DNA of 64,000 nt from Gaiellales bacterium (GCA_038237515.1 JBBRYP010000009.1:7953-71952), one strand, 5' to 3'. Counted from the stretch's first letter, positions 1-10,823 are shown. The notes: a model not told the origin generated them from the sequence alone. Numbers and translations: made by a program.

Positions 1-100
1 TCCTGTGCGCGGGCGAGCCCGGGATCCCGATCAGGGCGGCACCGGCAAGCGCCACCAGGATCAGCCCGACGAGGAGGAGGTGCGACCTACGGGTCGACAA
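1..100 (-). CDS. secD: Probable protein-export membrane protein SecD, first 33 codons only (runs off the window start)
   Basis: TTG at 100-98 followed by STRRSHLLLVGLILVALAGAALIGIPGSP (basic N-terminus plus TM helix), 7 nt downstream of the yajC stop. Identity rests only on yajC-secD synteny. Confidence 0.4.
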   Translation of the reverse strand, partial: MSTRRSHLLLVGLILVALAGAALIGIPGSPAHR

Positions 101-106
101 AGCCGT

Positions 107-1632
<1,526 letters not shown>

Positions 1633-1832
1633 TTACCGGGCGCCAGCGCGCGGTTGACGCCAATCTGCCGTGCGCTTCAACGGTGCGGGCGAAGACCCGT
1701 GCCGCACCCCCATGTTCTCGCCTTCGCCACCGGCATTCGGCCGATTCGTCGTCAAGGCGGCGCCAACGCAGATAAACTAACGATCTGGACACCCTCTCTG
1801 CGACTGAGGCGGCGCGTCGTCTCGGCACCAGC

Positions 1833-2498
1833 GTGCCGCGCGTCAAGCGCGCGATCGGCCGGCTGGGCCTCAGGGTCGAGCGTGTTCCCGGTGGCCGTGT
1901 GCGGTTGACCGGTCAGCAGCTGGAGGACCTGCGCGGCGAACTGGGCCGCCCGGCGTCGGTCGAGGGGCTGAGCCGTGTCGAGACGCAGGTGCTCGCGGCC
2001 CTCGCGCGCGCGCCGCGCGGGCTCACCTCCGTGCGCGCGGTCGCACGCCGCGCGGGTGTATCCCCGACGGCCGCGGCCGCTGCCATCCGTTCGCTCTCGA
2101 GACGTGGCCTGATTTGGCGGGTTCGAGAGTGGGCTGCGGCTGGACGCGCTCGGGAGCTGGAGCTCTTCCGGGCCGACGCGACCGCGCCTGGTTGGCCGGC
2201 GATCGCCCAGCAGCTTACCGCCGTGCAGCTGCCGGCCGAGCGGTCGCCGCGGCGCCCGACGCGTGTCCCCGCGCGACTTCGACACCTGTTCTGGAACGCG
2301 GACCCGGCCGGTCTCGACCTCCGTAGCGCCGGCGGCTACATCGCGGAGCGTTTGCTCTCGACCCGCGATCTCGACGGTCTGGGCTGGGGCCTGAACGCGC
2401 TCAGCGCCGCCGATTGGGAGCAGGCGAGCCGAAGCCGGGGCCTCGCTCCGGCGGAGCGGGCGCTCGCACGCAACCTCGCGCGGCACGCCGGCAGGTGA
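1833..2498 (+). CDS. Double-HTH DNA-binding protein, putative AbiEi-like antitoxin/regulator of the downstream nucleotidyltransferase
   Basis: MarR/wHTH-like segment (LSRVETQVLAALARAPRGLTSVRAVARRAGVSPTAA). An excisionase-type HTH (LSATEAARRLGTSVPRVKRAI) begins upstream of GTG 1833. The only in-frame start after the TAA at 1773 is CTG 1785, so the true 5' end is uncertain. Stop overlaps the next gene's start (GTGA). Confidence 0.6.
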   Translation: MPRVKRAIGRLGLRVERVPGGRVRLTGQQLEDLRGELGRPASVEGLSRVETQVLAALARAPRGLTSVRAVARRAGVSPTAAAAAIRSLSRRGLIWRVREWAAAGRARELELFRADATAPGWPAIAQQLTAVQLPAERSPRRPTRVPARLRHLFWNADPAGLDLRSAGGYIAERLLSTRDLDGLGWGLNALSAADWEQASRSRGLAPAERALARNLARHAGR

Positions 2499-3217
2499 GC
2501 CTTCCCCAGTGGCTGCAGGAGCTTCTGGCGGGTGATACGGCTGCGACCTGGGAACAGCTGGCGCCGTTCGTTCCCCACCGGTCCTACCTCGCGGGGGGGA
2601 CGGCCATCGCCGTCCACCTCCGCCACCGTCAGAGCCGCGACCTCGACTTCTTCTTCCACGACCAAACCGTCGATCTCGACGCCTTGCTCGAGCGACTGCA
2701 AGCCCGCGGCCCGGTCGCCGTCACCGAACGCTCTCCTGGCACGCTCAACGTGCTCTTCGACAAGACGAGGGTGCAGTTCCTCCAGGCTGGCCTCGTTCGA
2801 CCCGAGCGGCGACTCGAGCCGACGACCGAGGCCGCCGGCCTACAGATCGCAGGTCTCGGCGATCTGCTCGCGATGAAGCTGAACGCGATCGCCGGTCGCG
2901 GGCAGCTGCGCGACTACTTCGACCTGATGGCGATCGAGCAGCAAGGCCGCCGCAGCGTCGACGAAGGACTGGCGCTCTTCCTCCGGCGCTACGAGCCGGA
3001 TCACGCAGAGAGCGCGCTGACTCCGGTTCTGCTCGCGCTCGGCTATCTCGACGACGTCGGCGACGACCCGTTCCTACCGCTCGATCGCGCCGCAATCTCC
3101 AACTACTGGCAGCGACGCCAACCGGAGATCATCGCCGCCGTCGAACGCTACGGCGTCGCCAGACTCACGCCGCTCGACCCTGCCTCGCCCGGCCATGAGC
3201 TCCGACGTGCACCGTGA
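2495..3217 (+). CDS. Nucleotidyltransferase, AbiEii/AbiGii-like type IV toxin family
   Basis: GTG 2495 overlaps the upstream stop. YLAGGTAIAVHLRHRQSRDLDFFF is the NTase signature of this family; LAMKLNAIAGRGQLRDYFDL follows. An alternative upstream start exists at 2414. Confidence 0.65.
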   Translation: MSLPQWLQELLAGDTAATWEQLAPFVPHRSYLAGGTAIAVHLRHRQSRDLDFFFHDQTVDLDALLERLQARGPVAVTERSPGTLNVLFDKTRVQFLQAGLVRPERRLEPTTEAAGLQIAGLGDLLAMKLNAIAGRGQLRDYFDLMAIEQQGRRSVDEGLALFLRRYEPDHAESALTPVLLALGYLDDVGDDPFLPLDRAAISNYWQRRQPEIIAAVERYGVARLTPLDPASPGHELRRAP

Positions 3218-3237
3218 GTCGAAGCTCTAGGGGACGC

Positions 3238-4182
3238 TCAACGGATCAGCATCGCGTCGCCGAAGGAATAGAACCGGTAGCGCTCCGCGATCGCGAGGCG
3301 GTACAGCTCGCGGGTCTCCTCCACCCCGCAGAAGGCCATCACGAGCGCGAGCAGGGTCGAGCGCGGCAGGTGAAAGTTCGTCAGCAACGCGTCGACCCGC
3401 CGGAACTCGAACGGAGGGCGGACGAAGAGGTCGGTCCGCCCGCGGAGAGGTGCATCGCGTGCGAGCGATTCGAGCACCCGAACCGTCGTCGTCCCGACGG
3501 CGAGGACGCACTTGGCCGCGCGGATCCGCTCCCAGGCGTCGGGCCGCACCTCGTAGCGCTCGCCGTGGAGCGGATGCTCGGAGAGGAGCTCGACGGTCAG
3601 GGGGCGGAAGGTGTCGAGACCGACGTGGAGCGTGACGCGCTCAACCGTCAGCGCGGACAGGAGCTCGGGCGTGAAGTGCAGGCCGGCGGTCGGCGCCGAG
3701 GCCGAGCCCGCCTCCCGTGCGTAGACCGTCTGGTAACGGCCGGGATCGTCGAGCCGCTCCATGATGTACGGGGGGAGCGGCGCCTCTCCCGCCGGCTCGC
3801 CCGTGAGGCGGAGCCGCCAGCGCCCCCCACCCAGCGGCTCGAGGAGCTCGACGGGGCCGAGCCGCTCGCCGGCGCGCAGCCGCCGGGAGGGACGCGCGAG
3901 GGCCTCCCAGAGACCGTTCTCGCCGACCCGCTCGAGGAGGAGCACCTCGGCCGCTCCCCCACTCGCACGCCGCAGGCGGAGGCGGGCCGGCACGACCCGC
4001 GTGTCGTTGACGACGACGAGCTCTTCCGGGCCCACCTCGAGCCCGACCTCGCTGAAACGCCGGTGGCGCACGGCTCCGCTGCCGCGTTCGTAGACGAGGA
4101 GGCGCGAGGCGTCGCGGCGGTCCGGCGGCCGCTGGGCGATCAGCTCGGGAGGGAGCTCGTACTCGAGCTCGGACGAGCGCAT
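3238..4182 (-). CDS. queA: S-adenosylmethionine:tRNA ribosyltransferase-isomerase
   Basis: 314 aa. MRSSELEYELPPELIAQRP...DASRLLV...VVNDTRVVPARL...HFTPELL...VGTTTVRVLES match QueA throughout. Confidence 0.9.
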   Translation of the reverse strand: MRSSELEYELPPELIAQRPPDRRDASRLLVYERGSGAVRHRRFSEVGLEVGPEELVVVNDTRVVPARLRLRRASGGAAEVLLLERVGENGLWEALARPSRRLRAGERLGPVELLEPLGGGRWRLRLTGEPAGEAPLPPYIMERLDDPGRYQTVYAREAGSASAPTAGLHFTPELLSALTVERVTLHVGLDTFRPLTVELLSEHPLHGERYEVRPDAWERIRAAKCVLAVGTTTVRVLESLARDAPLRGRTDLFVRPPFEFRRVDALLTNFHLPRSTLLALVMAFCGVEETRELYRLAIAERYRFYSFGDAMLIR

Positions 4183-4209
4183 CCGACGCGGAGGTTACCG
4201 TTCGAGCCC

Positions 4210-4659
4210 GTGAGGGAGGACGCGATCGAGCGGGCGATGCGGCGCCTCGCCCAGGCCGCAGGCGACGAACCGGACCCGGCGGCGGCGACTGTCGCGCTCG
4301 AACGAGCCCGCAACCAGATCGAGTCGCTCGCGGAAACCGCGGCGCAGTTCGAGGCGGCGCTCCCCGACCGGGTCGGAGAGGCCGTTCGCGAGGGCCTGCG
4401 CCGGGAGACCCTCCCCGTCGCGCGCCAGCTCGCCGAGACCCGCGGGCTCGCCGGCCAGACGATCCGCCGGCTCGAGGGGATTGAGCACGATCTGCTCGCC
4501 GAGCGCGCCGCCCGGGTTGACGACCTCGCTCTGCTCGTCGACCTCGTCACCTCCGGCTGGAAAGGCATCGACGAGAGGCTGGCGCGGATCGAGTCGGCGC
4601 TCGCCGCCAACCTCCACCCCGCTTCCGCTCCCGCGGCGAACAGCTCCGTCGCAGCCTGA
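4210..4659 (+). CDS. Hypothetical protein (helical/coiled-coil-like)
   Basis: Only the last ~150 codons of ORF 3214..4659 lie outside queA antisense. GTG 4210 or ATG 4237 are possible starts. Divergent from queA. No recognisable domain. Confidence 0.4.
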   Translation: MREDAIERAMRRLAQAAGDEPDPAAATVALERARNQIESLAETAAQFEAALPDRVGEAVREGLRRETLPVARQLAETRGLAGQTIRRLEGIEHDLLAERAARVDDLALLVDLVTSGWKGIDERLARIESALAANLHPASAPAANSSVAA

Positions 4660-4709
4660 AGCGCCGCGGGCGCTCATGCGCCCCTGGAGCCTGCCGATAA
4701 CGAAAGCTC

Positions 4710-5858
4710 GTGGGCTCGTCGTCGCCGCTCCTGCGGGCTCTCGCGCCGGCGCTTCACCGGAGGCACCTCGTCCTCTGGCTGTGGAGCGCGTACTGGTTCT
4801 CACAGCGCGCCTTCGTCCGCGGCGGCGACTGGCACTACTTCCGGGAGTCGAGCGATCTCCTCTTCGGACGGCATCCCCGCGGCATGACGTTGCCGGGAGG
4901 ACTGCACCTGTTCGCGAACTATCCCGAGCAGCATATGGGACCTCTGAGCGTGGTCCTCGCGGGCGGCTTCCGCCTTCTTCCCGGTGACGGGCGAGTCCCC
5001 GCCGGGATCTTCATGTGCGCGCTCGGGCCGCTCGCCGTCCTGCTGCTCGAGCGGGCGGCGGTCGCCGCGCGCGGGCTGAGACACGCAGAGGAGGACGATC
5101 TTCTCCCCTTCGCCAGCCTCGCAGGCGGTCTCGTCTTCCTGCGGGCCCGGGTCGACGTCGCCGGACCGGTCGCGCACCTCGACGACGTGATCGTGCTCGC
5201 CGCCGCGGCCGTCCTCGTCTGGGCCGCGGCCACGGGGCGACACCGGCTCGCGGGCGCCGCGGTCGGGATCGCGATCGCCGGCAAGAGCTGGGGCGTGCTC
5301 CTGCTGCCGCTCCTCGCCTGCTTCGGGAGCGGCCGGGCCCTGAGAGCCGCCGCTATCGCGACCGCGATCGCGGCTGCGGCCTGGCTTCCGTTCGTCCTCG
5401 GCGATCCTGGCACCCTCGCCGCGCTGCGCGTGAACCAGGTGAACGACGCCTCTTCGGGACTGCGCGCGCTGGGGATCCACACGCTGATGACGCCCCACTG
5501 GCTCCGGCCCGCGCAGATCCTCCTGGGCCTGGCGGTGGGCGGTCTCGCGATTGCCCGCGGCCGCTGGGCGGCCGCGCTCCTGGTCGCGGTGGGAACCCGC
5601 CTCACCCTCGACCCCGCCACCTTCCCCTACTACACGCCGGGCCTCGTTCTCGCGGCCCTCGCTTTCGACCTCGTCGGCTCTCGCCGCACCTTTCCGGCCT
5701 GGACGCTCGCGAGCTTCCTCTGCCTCGCGACCGTCCCGCAGGTCGTCGCGGACCCCCACCTCCGCGGCCTCGCCCGCGCAGGGATCGCGCTGGCGCCGCT
5801 CGCGCTGCTCGCTCCGCTGCGGCACGCCCGACTCTTCCCAACGCCGAGACCTGCCTAG
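4710..5858 (+). CDS. Polytopic integral membrane protein, possibly a GT-C type (DUF2029-like) glycosyltransferase
   Basis: 382 aa with about 9-10 hydrophobic segments. The family assignment is by general resemblance and by the adjacent DPPR-synthase-like gene only. Confidence 0.5.
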   Translation: MGSSSPLLRALAPALHRRHLVLWLWSAYWFSQRAFVRGGDWHYFRESSDLLFGRHPRGMTLPGGLHLFANYPEQHMGPLSVVLAGGFRLLPGDGRVPAGIFMCALGPLAVLLLERAAVAARGLRHAEEDDLLPFASLAGGLVFLRARVDVAGPVAHLDDVIVLAAAAVLVWAAATGRHRLAGAAVGIAIAGKSWGVLLLPLLACFGSGRALRAAAIATAIAAAAWLPFVLGDPGTLAALRVNQVNDASSGLRALGIHTLMTPHWLRPAQILLGLAVGGLAIARGRWAAALLVAVGTRLTLDPATFPYYTPGLVLAALAFDLVGSRRTFPAWTLASFLCLATVPQVVADPHLRGLARAGIALAPLALLAPLRHARLFPTPRPA

Positions 5859-5869
5859 ATGTTTTGATC

Positions 5870-6011
5870 GGTGATTCACGCGAGCCCGGCTGGTGGCCCA
5901 GACGCGGCGAGGATCAGCACGCCCACTCACCGTCCGTAGCGCTGCTACGAACGGCGAGCGGTCGCACTGCCCTGCTTGGTCTGGGCCATCCCCGACAGTG
6001 CGAGAATCACC
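5870..6011. other. 142-nt rod-like imperfect hairpin in a convergent intergenic region
   Basis: Nested complementary arms: GGTGATTCACGC (5870-5881) with GCGAGAATCACC (6000-6011); TGGCCCAGAC with GTCTGGGCCA; central CGTAGC-GCT-GCTACG. Confidence 0.6.
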
Positions 6012-6021
6012 GACCAACCAT

Positions 6022-6912
6022 CTAAGCGAGGAGGAGGATGATCGCCGCCGTCGCCGCCCAGCCGGCGACGGTGAGGACGATCGGGAGGTCGGTCAGCAGG
6101 ACGTTCTCCGGCTCCTCCCCGAGATCGTGGCGGTGGATCAGCAGCAGGTAGCGGAAAACGCCGAAGAGGACGAATGGGATCGTCGCCATCATCGCCTTCG
6201 AGTCGCGGGCCGTGAAGGTGTAGAGCGCGTAGGCAATCACGGTCGACGCGGCGACAACGGACACGAGCTGGTCGACGAGCGAGAGCGAGTAGCCCTCGAG
6301 CACCGGCCGGCCGGGCGCCGCCTCCGCCCCGACGAGGACGAGCTCGGCGCGCCGCTTGGCGAAGGCGAGGAAGAGGGCGAGAAGCGCGGTGCACACGAGC
6401 AGCCAGGGAGAGATCGGGACCTCGACGGCCTGGGCCCCCGCCGCCGCACGGATGACGAACAGGGCGCCGATCGCCATCACGTCGATCAGCACGACGTGCT
6501 TGAGGCGCAGCGAGTACGCGCTCTGCAGGAGAAGGAAGCCCGCCATGTAGAGCACCGACCACCAGCCGAATGCACCGGCCAGGAGGAGCGCGCCGAGCGC
6601 GAGGACGCCCGCGAGGGTGAGGGCAGCCGCGGGCGAGAACTCGCCGCGCGCGACCGGCCGGCCGCGCTTGACGGGGTGCGCGCGGTCGCGCTCGGCGTCG
6701 AGGACGTCGTTCAGGAGGTACGCGGCGCTCGAGGCGGCGCAGTAGGCGGCGAACGCCGTCGAGGCCTCGAGCCACCGGTAGGCGTCGCCCAGCTTGGCGG
6801 CGAAGATGATTCCCGCCAGGAGCAGGAGGTTCTTCGACCACTGCCGGGGTCGCATCGCGACGAGCGCGGCGCGGAGGCTCGAGCGGCGCCGAAGGACGGC
6901 GACGGCGTGCAC
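6022..6912 (-). CDS. UbiA-family prenyltransferase, decaprenyl-phosphate phosphoribosyltransferase-like
   Basis: MRPRQWSKNLLLLAG and LLNDVLDAERDRAHPVKRGRPVARGE (NDxxDxxxD motif), with about 8 TM segments. Confidence 0.8.
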   Translation of the reverse strand: MHAVAVLRRRSSLRAALVAMRPRQWSKNLLLLAGIIFAAKLGDAYRWLEASTAFAAYCAASSAAYLLNDVLDAERDRAHPVKRGRPVARGEFSPAAALTLAGVLALGALLLAGAFGWWSVLYMAGFLLLQSAYSLRLKHVVLIDVMAIGALFVIRAAAGAQAVEVPISPWLLVCTALLALFLAFAKRRAELVLVGAEAAPGRPVLEGYSLSLVDQLVSVVAASTVIAYALYTFTARDSKAMMATIPFVLFGVFRYLLLIHRHDLGEEPENVLLTDLPIVLTVAGWAATAAIILLLA

Positions 6913-6915
6913 CGG

Positions 6916-8310
6916 CTACGCGGCGTTGTTCGGTAGCACGAGCTCGAAGCGGCTCCCTTTCCCGGGCGCCGTCTCGAGGTCGATCCGGCCGCCGAGCGCG
7001 ACTGCGAGCTCCCGCGCGATCGCGAGTCCGAGGCCGGTGCCGGCTCCGTCGAGCGACCAGAACGGCCGGAAGATCCGTTCGCGATCCTGCGGGCCGATCC
7101 CTGGGCCGGTGTCCCCGACCGCGACCGAAACGGTGCCGTTCTCCGCCTCGAGCGAGAGATCGATCTTCCCGCCGTCGGGCGTCCAGCGAAAGGCGTTCGA
7201 GAGCAGGTTCGAGATGATCTGGAGGACGCGGTCCCCGTCGGAGACGATCACCGGGCTCGCCGCGGCCTCGTGTCGATAGTCGATTCCACGGCGTCGCGCC
7301 TCCTCGACGAATGCCGCGTACGCATGGTCGACCAGATGCTCCATCGCGACCTCCTCCCTGAGCACCGTGAAGCGGCGGGCGTCGAGCTTCGCGAGATCGA
7401 GGACGTCGCCGACGAGCCGCGCCAGCCGGTTCGCCGCCGCGGCGATGACGTCGAGCGACTCGCGCCGTGCCCCCGGATCCTCGGCGAGCCCCTCCCGGAG
7501 CGCCTCGACGTGCCCGCGGATGGCCGTCAGCGGCGTGCGGAGCTCGTGCGAGACCGTCATCAGGAAGTTGCGCTCGAGCCGCTCCGCCTCCGCGAGGCGT
7601 TTCGCCATCTCCCCGAACCGGTCGGACAGGTGCTCGATCTCGCCGCCGCCCGGCACCTGGGGCACCGCGACCTCGTAGTCGCCCTCGGAGATCTGGTCGG
7701 CGGCCTTCGACAGGGCGAGGACCGGTCCGGTGATGCGCCGCGACAGGTACCAGGCGAGCAGGCCGGCGACCGCCACGCCGCCGAGCAGCGAGACACCGAG
7801 CAGCTTCAGCAGCGTCAGCCAGGCGTGCGTCAGCGTCGTCTTCGGGGTTGCGATCACGAGCGCGCCGATCGGCGGCGGGGTCGCCTCGAGGAGGAGCGGG
7901 TTCGCGACGGCGATGAACAGGCGGCGCTCGCCAGGCGGGCGGAACTCGAAGGTGACGTTCTCGCCACGGAGGATCGCCTGCCAATCGAGGATCCTGCGCG
8001 GCAGCTCCCGCAGGCCGGAGGTCTGGCCCGGGAAGGGCGGCGCGCCCACGTAGAACAATCGGTCGCCGGTCGCCTGCTCTAGCTGGCCGGCTGCGAACTT
8101 CGGGGCGGAACGGCCCTCGTCGATGGCCCGAACGGCAGCCTCGGCGTACAGGCTCGTCAGTCCGTTCGCCTCGCGCCGCAGCTCGTGCAGCGACTGCGCG
8201 TGCGTGTAGGTCTGGTACAGGCGGACCGCGATCGCCGTCGTCACGATCCCGGCGAGCACGATGCCCGCCAACGACAGAGCCGGCAGCCGGAATCGCAGCG
8301 AGCGGGACAT
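6916..8310 (-). CDS. Sensor histidine kinase (TM-sensor-TM-HAMP-HisKA-HATPase)
   Basis: ATG at 8310 gives MSRSLRFRLPALSLAGIVLAGIV. H-box FLMTVSHELRTPLTAIRG; G-boxes DTGPGI and GTGLGLAI. The longer ORF extending to 8493 overlaps the regulator gene. Confidence 0.9.
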   Translation of the reverse strand: MSRSLRFRLPALSLAGIVLAGIVTTAIAVRLYQTYTHAQSLHELRREANGLTSLYAEAAVRAIDEGRSAPKFAAGQLEQATGDRLFYVGAPPFPGQTSGLRELPRRILDWQAILRGENVTFEFRPPGERRLFIAVANPLLLEATPPPIGALVIATPKTTLTHAWLTLLKLLGVSLLGGVAVAGLLAWYLSRRITGPVLALSKAADQISEGDYEVAVPQVPGGGEIEHLSDRFGEMAKRLAEAERLERNFLMTVSHELRTPLTAIRGHVEALREGLAEDPGARRESLDVIAAAANRLARLVGDVLDLAKLDARRFTVLREEVAMEHLVDHAYAAFVEEARRRGIDYRHEAAASPVIVSDGDRVLQIISNLLSNAFRWTPDGGKIDLSLEAENGTVSVAVGDTGPGIGPQDRERIFRPFWSLDGAGTGLGLAIARELAVALGGRIDLETAPGKGSRFELVLPNNAA

Positions 8311-8320
8311 GTGAGAGAGG

Positions 8321-9031
8321 TTACGCGGCCGGGTGCGATTCCCTTGCGGGCGAGACCTTGTAGCCGACGCCCCACACCGTGACCACCGGCGACGCGTCGC
8401 CGAGCTTTCGCCGCAGCTGGCGCACGTGGACGTCGACGGTCCGGGTGTCGCCCGCGAAGGTGTAGCCCCAGACACGCTCGAGCAGCTGGTCACGCGTCAG
8501 CACGAGGCCGCGGTGGTCGAGCAGCTCCCAGAGCAGGTCGAACTCCTTCGGAGCAAGCTGGATCTCCTCCTCACCCACGCGCACCTCGCGCCGTCCCGCA
8601 TCCACGAGCAGGTCACCGTGGCGGATCTGCTTGCTCTCGCCCTTGCGCCGCTCGGGAGCCGCGCGCCGCAGGATCGCCTTGACCCGCGCGACCAGCTCGC
8701 GTGGGTTGAAAGGCTTCGTCAGGTAGTCGTCCGCGCCCACCTCGAGGCCGATGATCTTGTCCACGTCCTCGTCGCGCGCGGTCAGCATCAGGATCGGAAC
8801 CTCGGAGCGCTGGCGAATCCTGCGGCAGACCTCGACACCGTCGATGTCCGGGAGCATCAGGTCGAGCACGATCAGGGACGGCTGAGCCGACTCGGCCTGG
8901 GCGAGCGCCTCGCCCCCGGTCGCCGCAGTTCGCACTTGATAGCCGGCGTTTTTCAGGTAGAGGGCCACGAAGGACGCGATCGAGGCTTCGTCCTCGACGA
9001 CGAGAACCGTCTGGGGCTTCCCTGTCGCCAA
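8321..9031 (-). CDS. OmpR/PhoB-family response regulator
   Basis: 236 aa. VLVVEDE...LDLMLPDIDG...ADDYLTKPF receiver domain plus a winged-helix C-terminus (VDVHVRQLRRKL...VWGVGYK). Confidence 0.95.
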   Translation of the reverse strand: MATGKPQTVLVVEDEASIASFVALYLKNAGYQVRTAATGGEALAQAESAQPSLIVLDLMLPDIDGVEVCRRIRQRSEVPILMLTARDEDVDKIIGLEVGADDYLTKPFNPRELVARVKAILRRAAPERRKGESKQIRHGDLLVDAGRREVRVGEEEIQLAPKEFDLLWELLDHRGLVLTRDQLLERVWGYTFAGDTRTVDVHVRQLRRKLGDASPVVTVWGVGYKVSPARESHPAA

Positions 9032-9055
9032 GGCGACCAGGATGCCAGAGCTCGT

Positions 9056-9547
9056 CTAGGAGCCCGAGCCCGGCGCGGGTCCGGTGCCGAGCTGGAGCAC
9101 CGTCACGACGTCCGGGAAGGGGCGGTTCGCGGTGCCGTCGACCGAGTAGCTCCCTGCGGCAAGCGCGGCGGAGGGGCCGAGGGTGATGCTCCCGCGACCG
9201 ACGATGGTGAGGTCGGTGCCGGTGCCGGTCACCTTGACGCGGAAGAAGCCCCCGATGATGCGGAAGCGGATGTCGGCACCCGAGTAGGTCGACTTCGTGT
9301 CGGACAGGTCCTTCCGCGCCTCGTAGCCCCACACGACCGGCGGCTTCCCGTCGTTCGGCGAAGGGTCGATGATCGTCACGGTGCCGTGGTGGATCTGGCC
9401 GATCACGACGCCCCGGATGGCCAGCGAGACGAAGCCGCTCGCCGCCTTGACCGAGAGCGTGCCGTCACCGGGGGCGGTTGTCAGCGCCTGCGCGGTGAGC
9501 GGGACCGCGAGCAGGCACAGCAAGCAGAGGATGCAGAGGCGCTTCAC
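9056..9547 (-). CDS. Secreted hypothetical protein (signal peptide, beta-rich)
   Basis: MKRLCILCLLCLLAVPLTAQA signal sequence. First gene of the string with the two-component system. Confidence 0.6.
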   Translation of the reverse strand: MKRLCILCLLCLLAVPLTAQALTTAPGDGTLSVKAASGFVSLAIRGVVIGQIHHGTVTIIDPSPNDGKPPVVWGYEARKDLSDTKSTYSGADIRFRIIGGFFRVKVTGTGTDLTIVGRGSITLGPSAALAAGSYSVDGTANRPFPDVVTVLQLGTGPAPGSGS

Positions 9548-9638
9548 GGAACGAGTATCGATCGGCGAGGTGTGCCGTGGATAAGCGCAAGGTTAAGAAA
9601 GTGTGATCGACCGAAGGCTTTACGAACGGCGCAGGGGC

Positions 9639-10823
9639 CTACGTCCCGTAACTCAGAGCTTCGTTCGTGTACACCCCCGCCGCATTCCACAGCATGTAGC
9701 CGCGCGCGTGCATGTTCCGTGCCGCAGCGATCTGATCCTCGACGTCCGCCAGGGTGTAGGTGCGGTAGAGAGAGAAGTCCTGCAGCCACGGGATGATCTT
9801 CGCGCGGCGGCCCCGCACCGCCCGCTGGAAGTCGCGGACCGCGTAGGTGACGGTCGTCCCGGGAACGTCGTTCGGGGTCTGCAGGTTGTACTCGCCCGGC
9901 CCGAAGTGGGACGGGTACACCATCGGGTAGATCGCGTCGAGGATCTTCGAGACCCGGCGCGGCGCCTGCCCGATTCCGAGCTCGTGCGAAGCGGCGAGGC
10001 CGAAGAGGTCGGCCGAGACGCGAACGCCGAGGGGCCGCAGGCGATGCGTTGCGTAGGAGAGGAAGTTCGCGATCGTCGTCGATTTCGCCTCCTTGCGGGC
10101 GCCCGGGTAGACGATCAGGGACAGGTCGCCGTCGCTTGGGAAGCGGACGTAGTCGAACTGGATCTCGTCGAAGCCGGCCCTGGCCGCGGAGACGGCGATG
10201 TCGACGTCGTAGCGCCAGACGCGCCGGTCGTACTCGTTCGCCCAGCCGAGGCCGCCGTTGTTCCGCCAGACCGAGCCGTCGGTCGTCCGGAGCGCCAGGT
10301 CGGGCCGCGCGGTCGTCAGGACGGGGTCCTCGAAGACGACGACGCGGCCGATCAGGTACATCCCGCGCGCGTGCACCTTGCGGGCGACCTCGCGCGGGTC
10401 GTAGTAGCGCTTGGCGGCACCGGTCTTCAGCGCCATCGCGGCGTAGCGCGGCGACTCGAACCCGACCTCGCCGTTCTCGTCCTTGACGTCGAGCTCGATC
10501 GTGTTGAGGCCGAAGCTCTGGAGCGCCAGGTACTCGTCGACCTTGCCCTGGAGCGACGCGAGCGCCATCGTCACATGAACGCCCCGCACCTCGGCGGGAA
10601 GCGGACGCGCGTGCGGCCTGGGGAAGGGCTTGAGCTTCCCGCCCGCGAGATCCGTGAGCCGCTTCGAGCCATGGGAGATGAAGGCGGCCCCGAGGGCGAG
10701 CCCAGCGCCGATCCCGAGCAGCACGACCAGGGCGCCGAGGCGCCTGAGCCGACGCCGCCGCCGGGCGCGCCGGCGACGCTCCCGGAAGCGCTCGTTCGAG
10801 TCCATTCGCTCGTGCACGTACAC
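9639..10823 (-). CDS. Putative glycoside hydrolase (DUF4015/GHL-type TIM barrel) with N-terminal TM anchor
   Basis: LNTIELDVKDENGEVGF, GRVVVFEDP, GFDEIQFDYVRFPSDG and IYPMVYPSHF are characteristic of this family. Confidence 0.7.
   Translation of the reverse strand: MYVHERMDSNERFRERRRRARRRRRLRRLGALVVLLGIGAGLALGAAFISHGSKRLTDLAGGKLKPFPRPHARPLPAEVRGVHVTMALASLQGKVDEYLALQSFGLNTIELDVKDENGEVGFESPRYAAMALKTGAAKRYYDPREVARKVHARGMYLIGRVVVFEDPVLTTARPDLALRTTDGSVWRNNGGLGWANEYDRRVWRYDVDIAVSAARAGFDEIQFDYVRFPSDGDLSLIVYPGARKEAKSTTIANFLSYATHRLRPLGVRVSADLFGLAASHELGIGQAPRRVSKILDAIYPMVYPSHFGPGEYNLQTPNDVPGTTVTYAVRDFQRAVRGRRAKIIPWLQDFSLYRTYTLADVEDQIAAARNMHARGYMLWNAAGVYTNEALSYGT

Noticed and set aside
3214-4209. 5' two-thirds of the 481-aa plus-strand ORF 3214..4659.
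   Set aside because: It is exactly antisense to queA and low complexity. Only the part downstream of the queA start (4210..4659) was kept as a possible gene.
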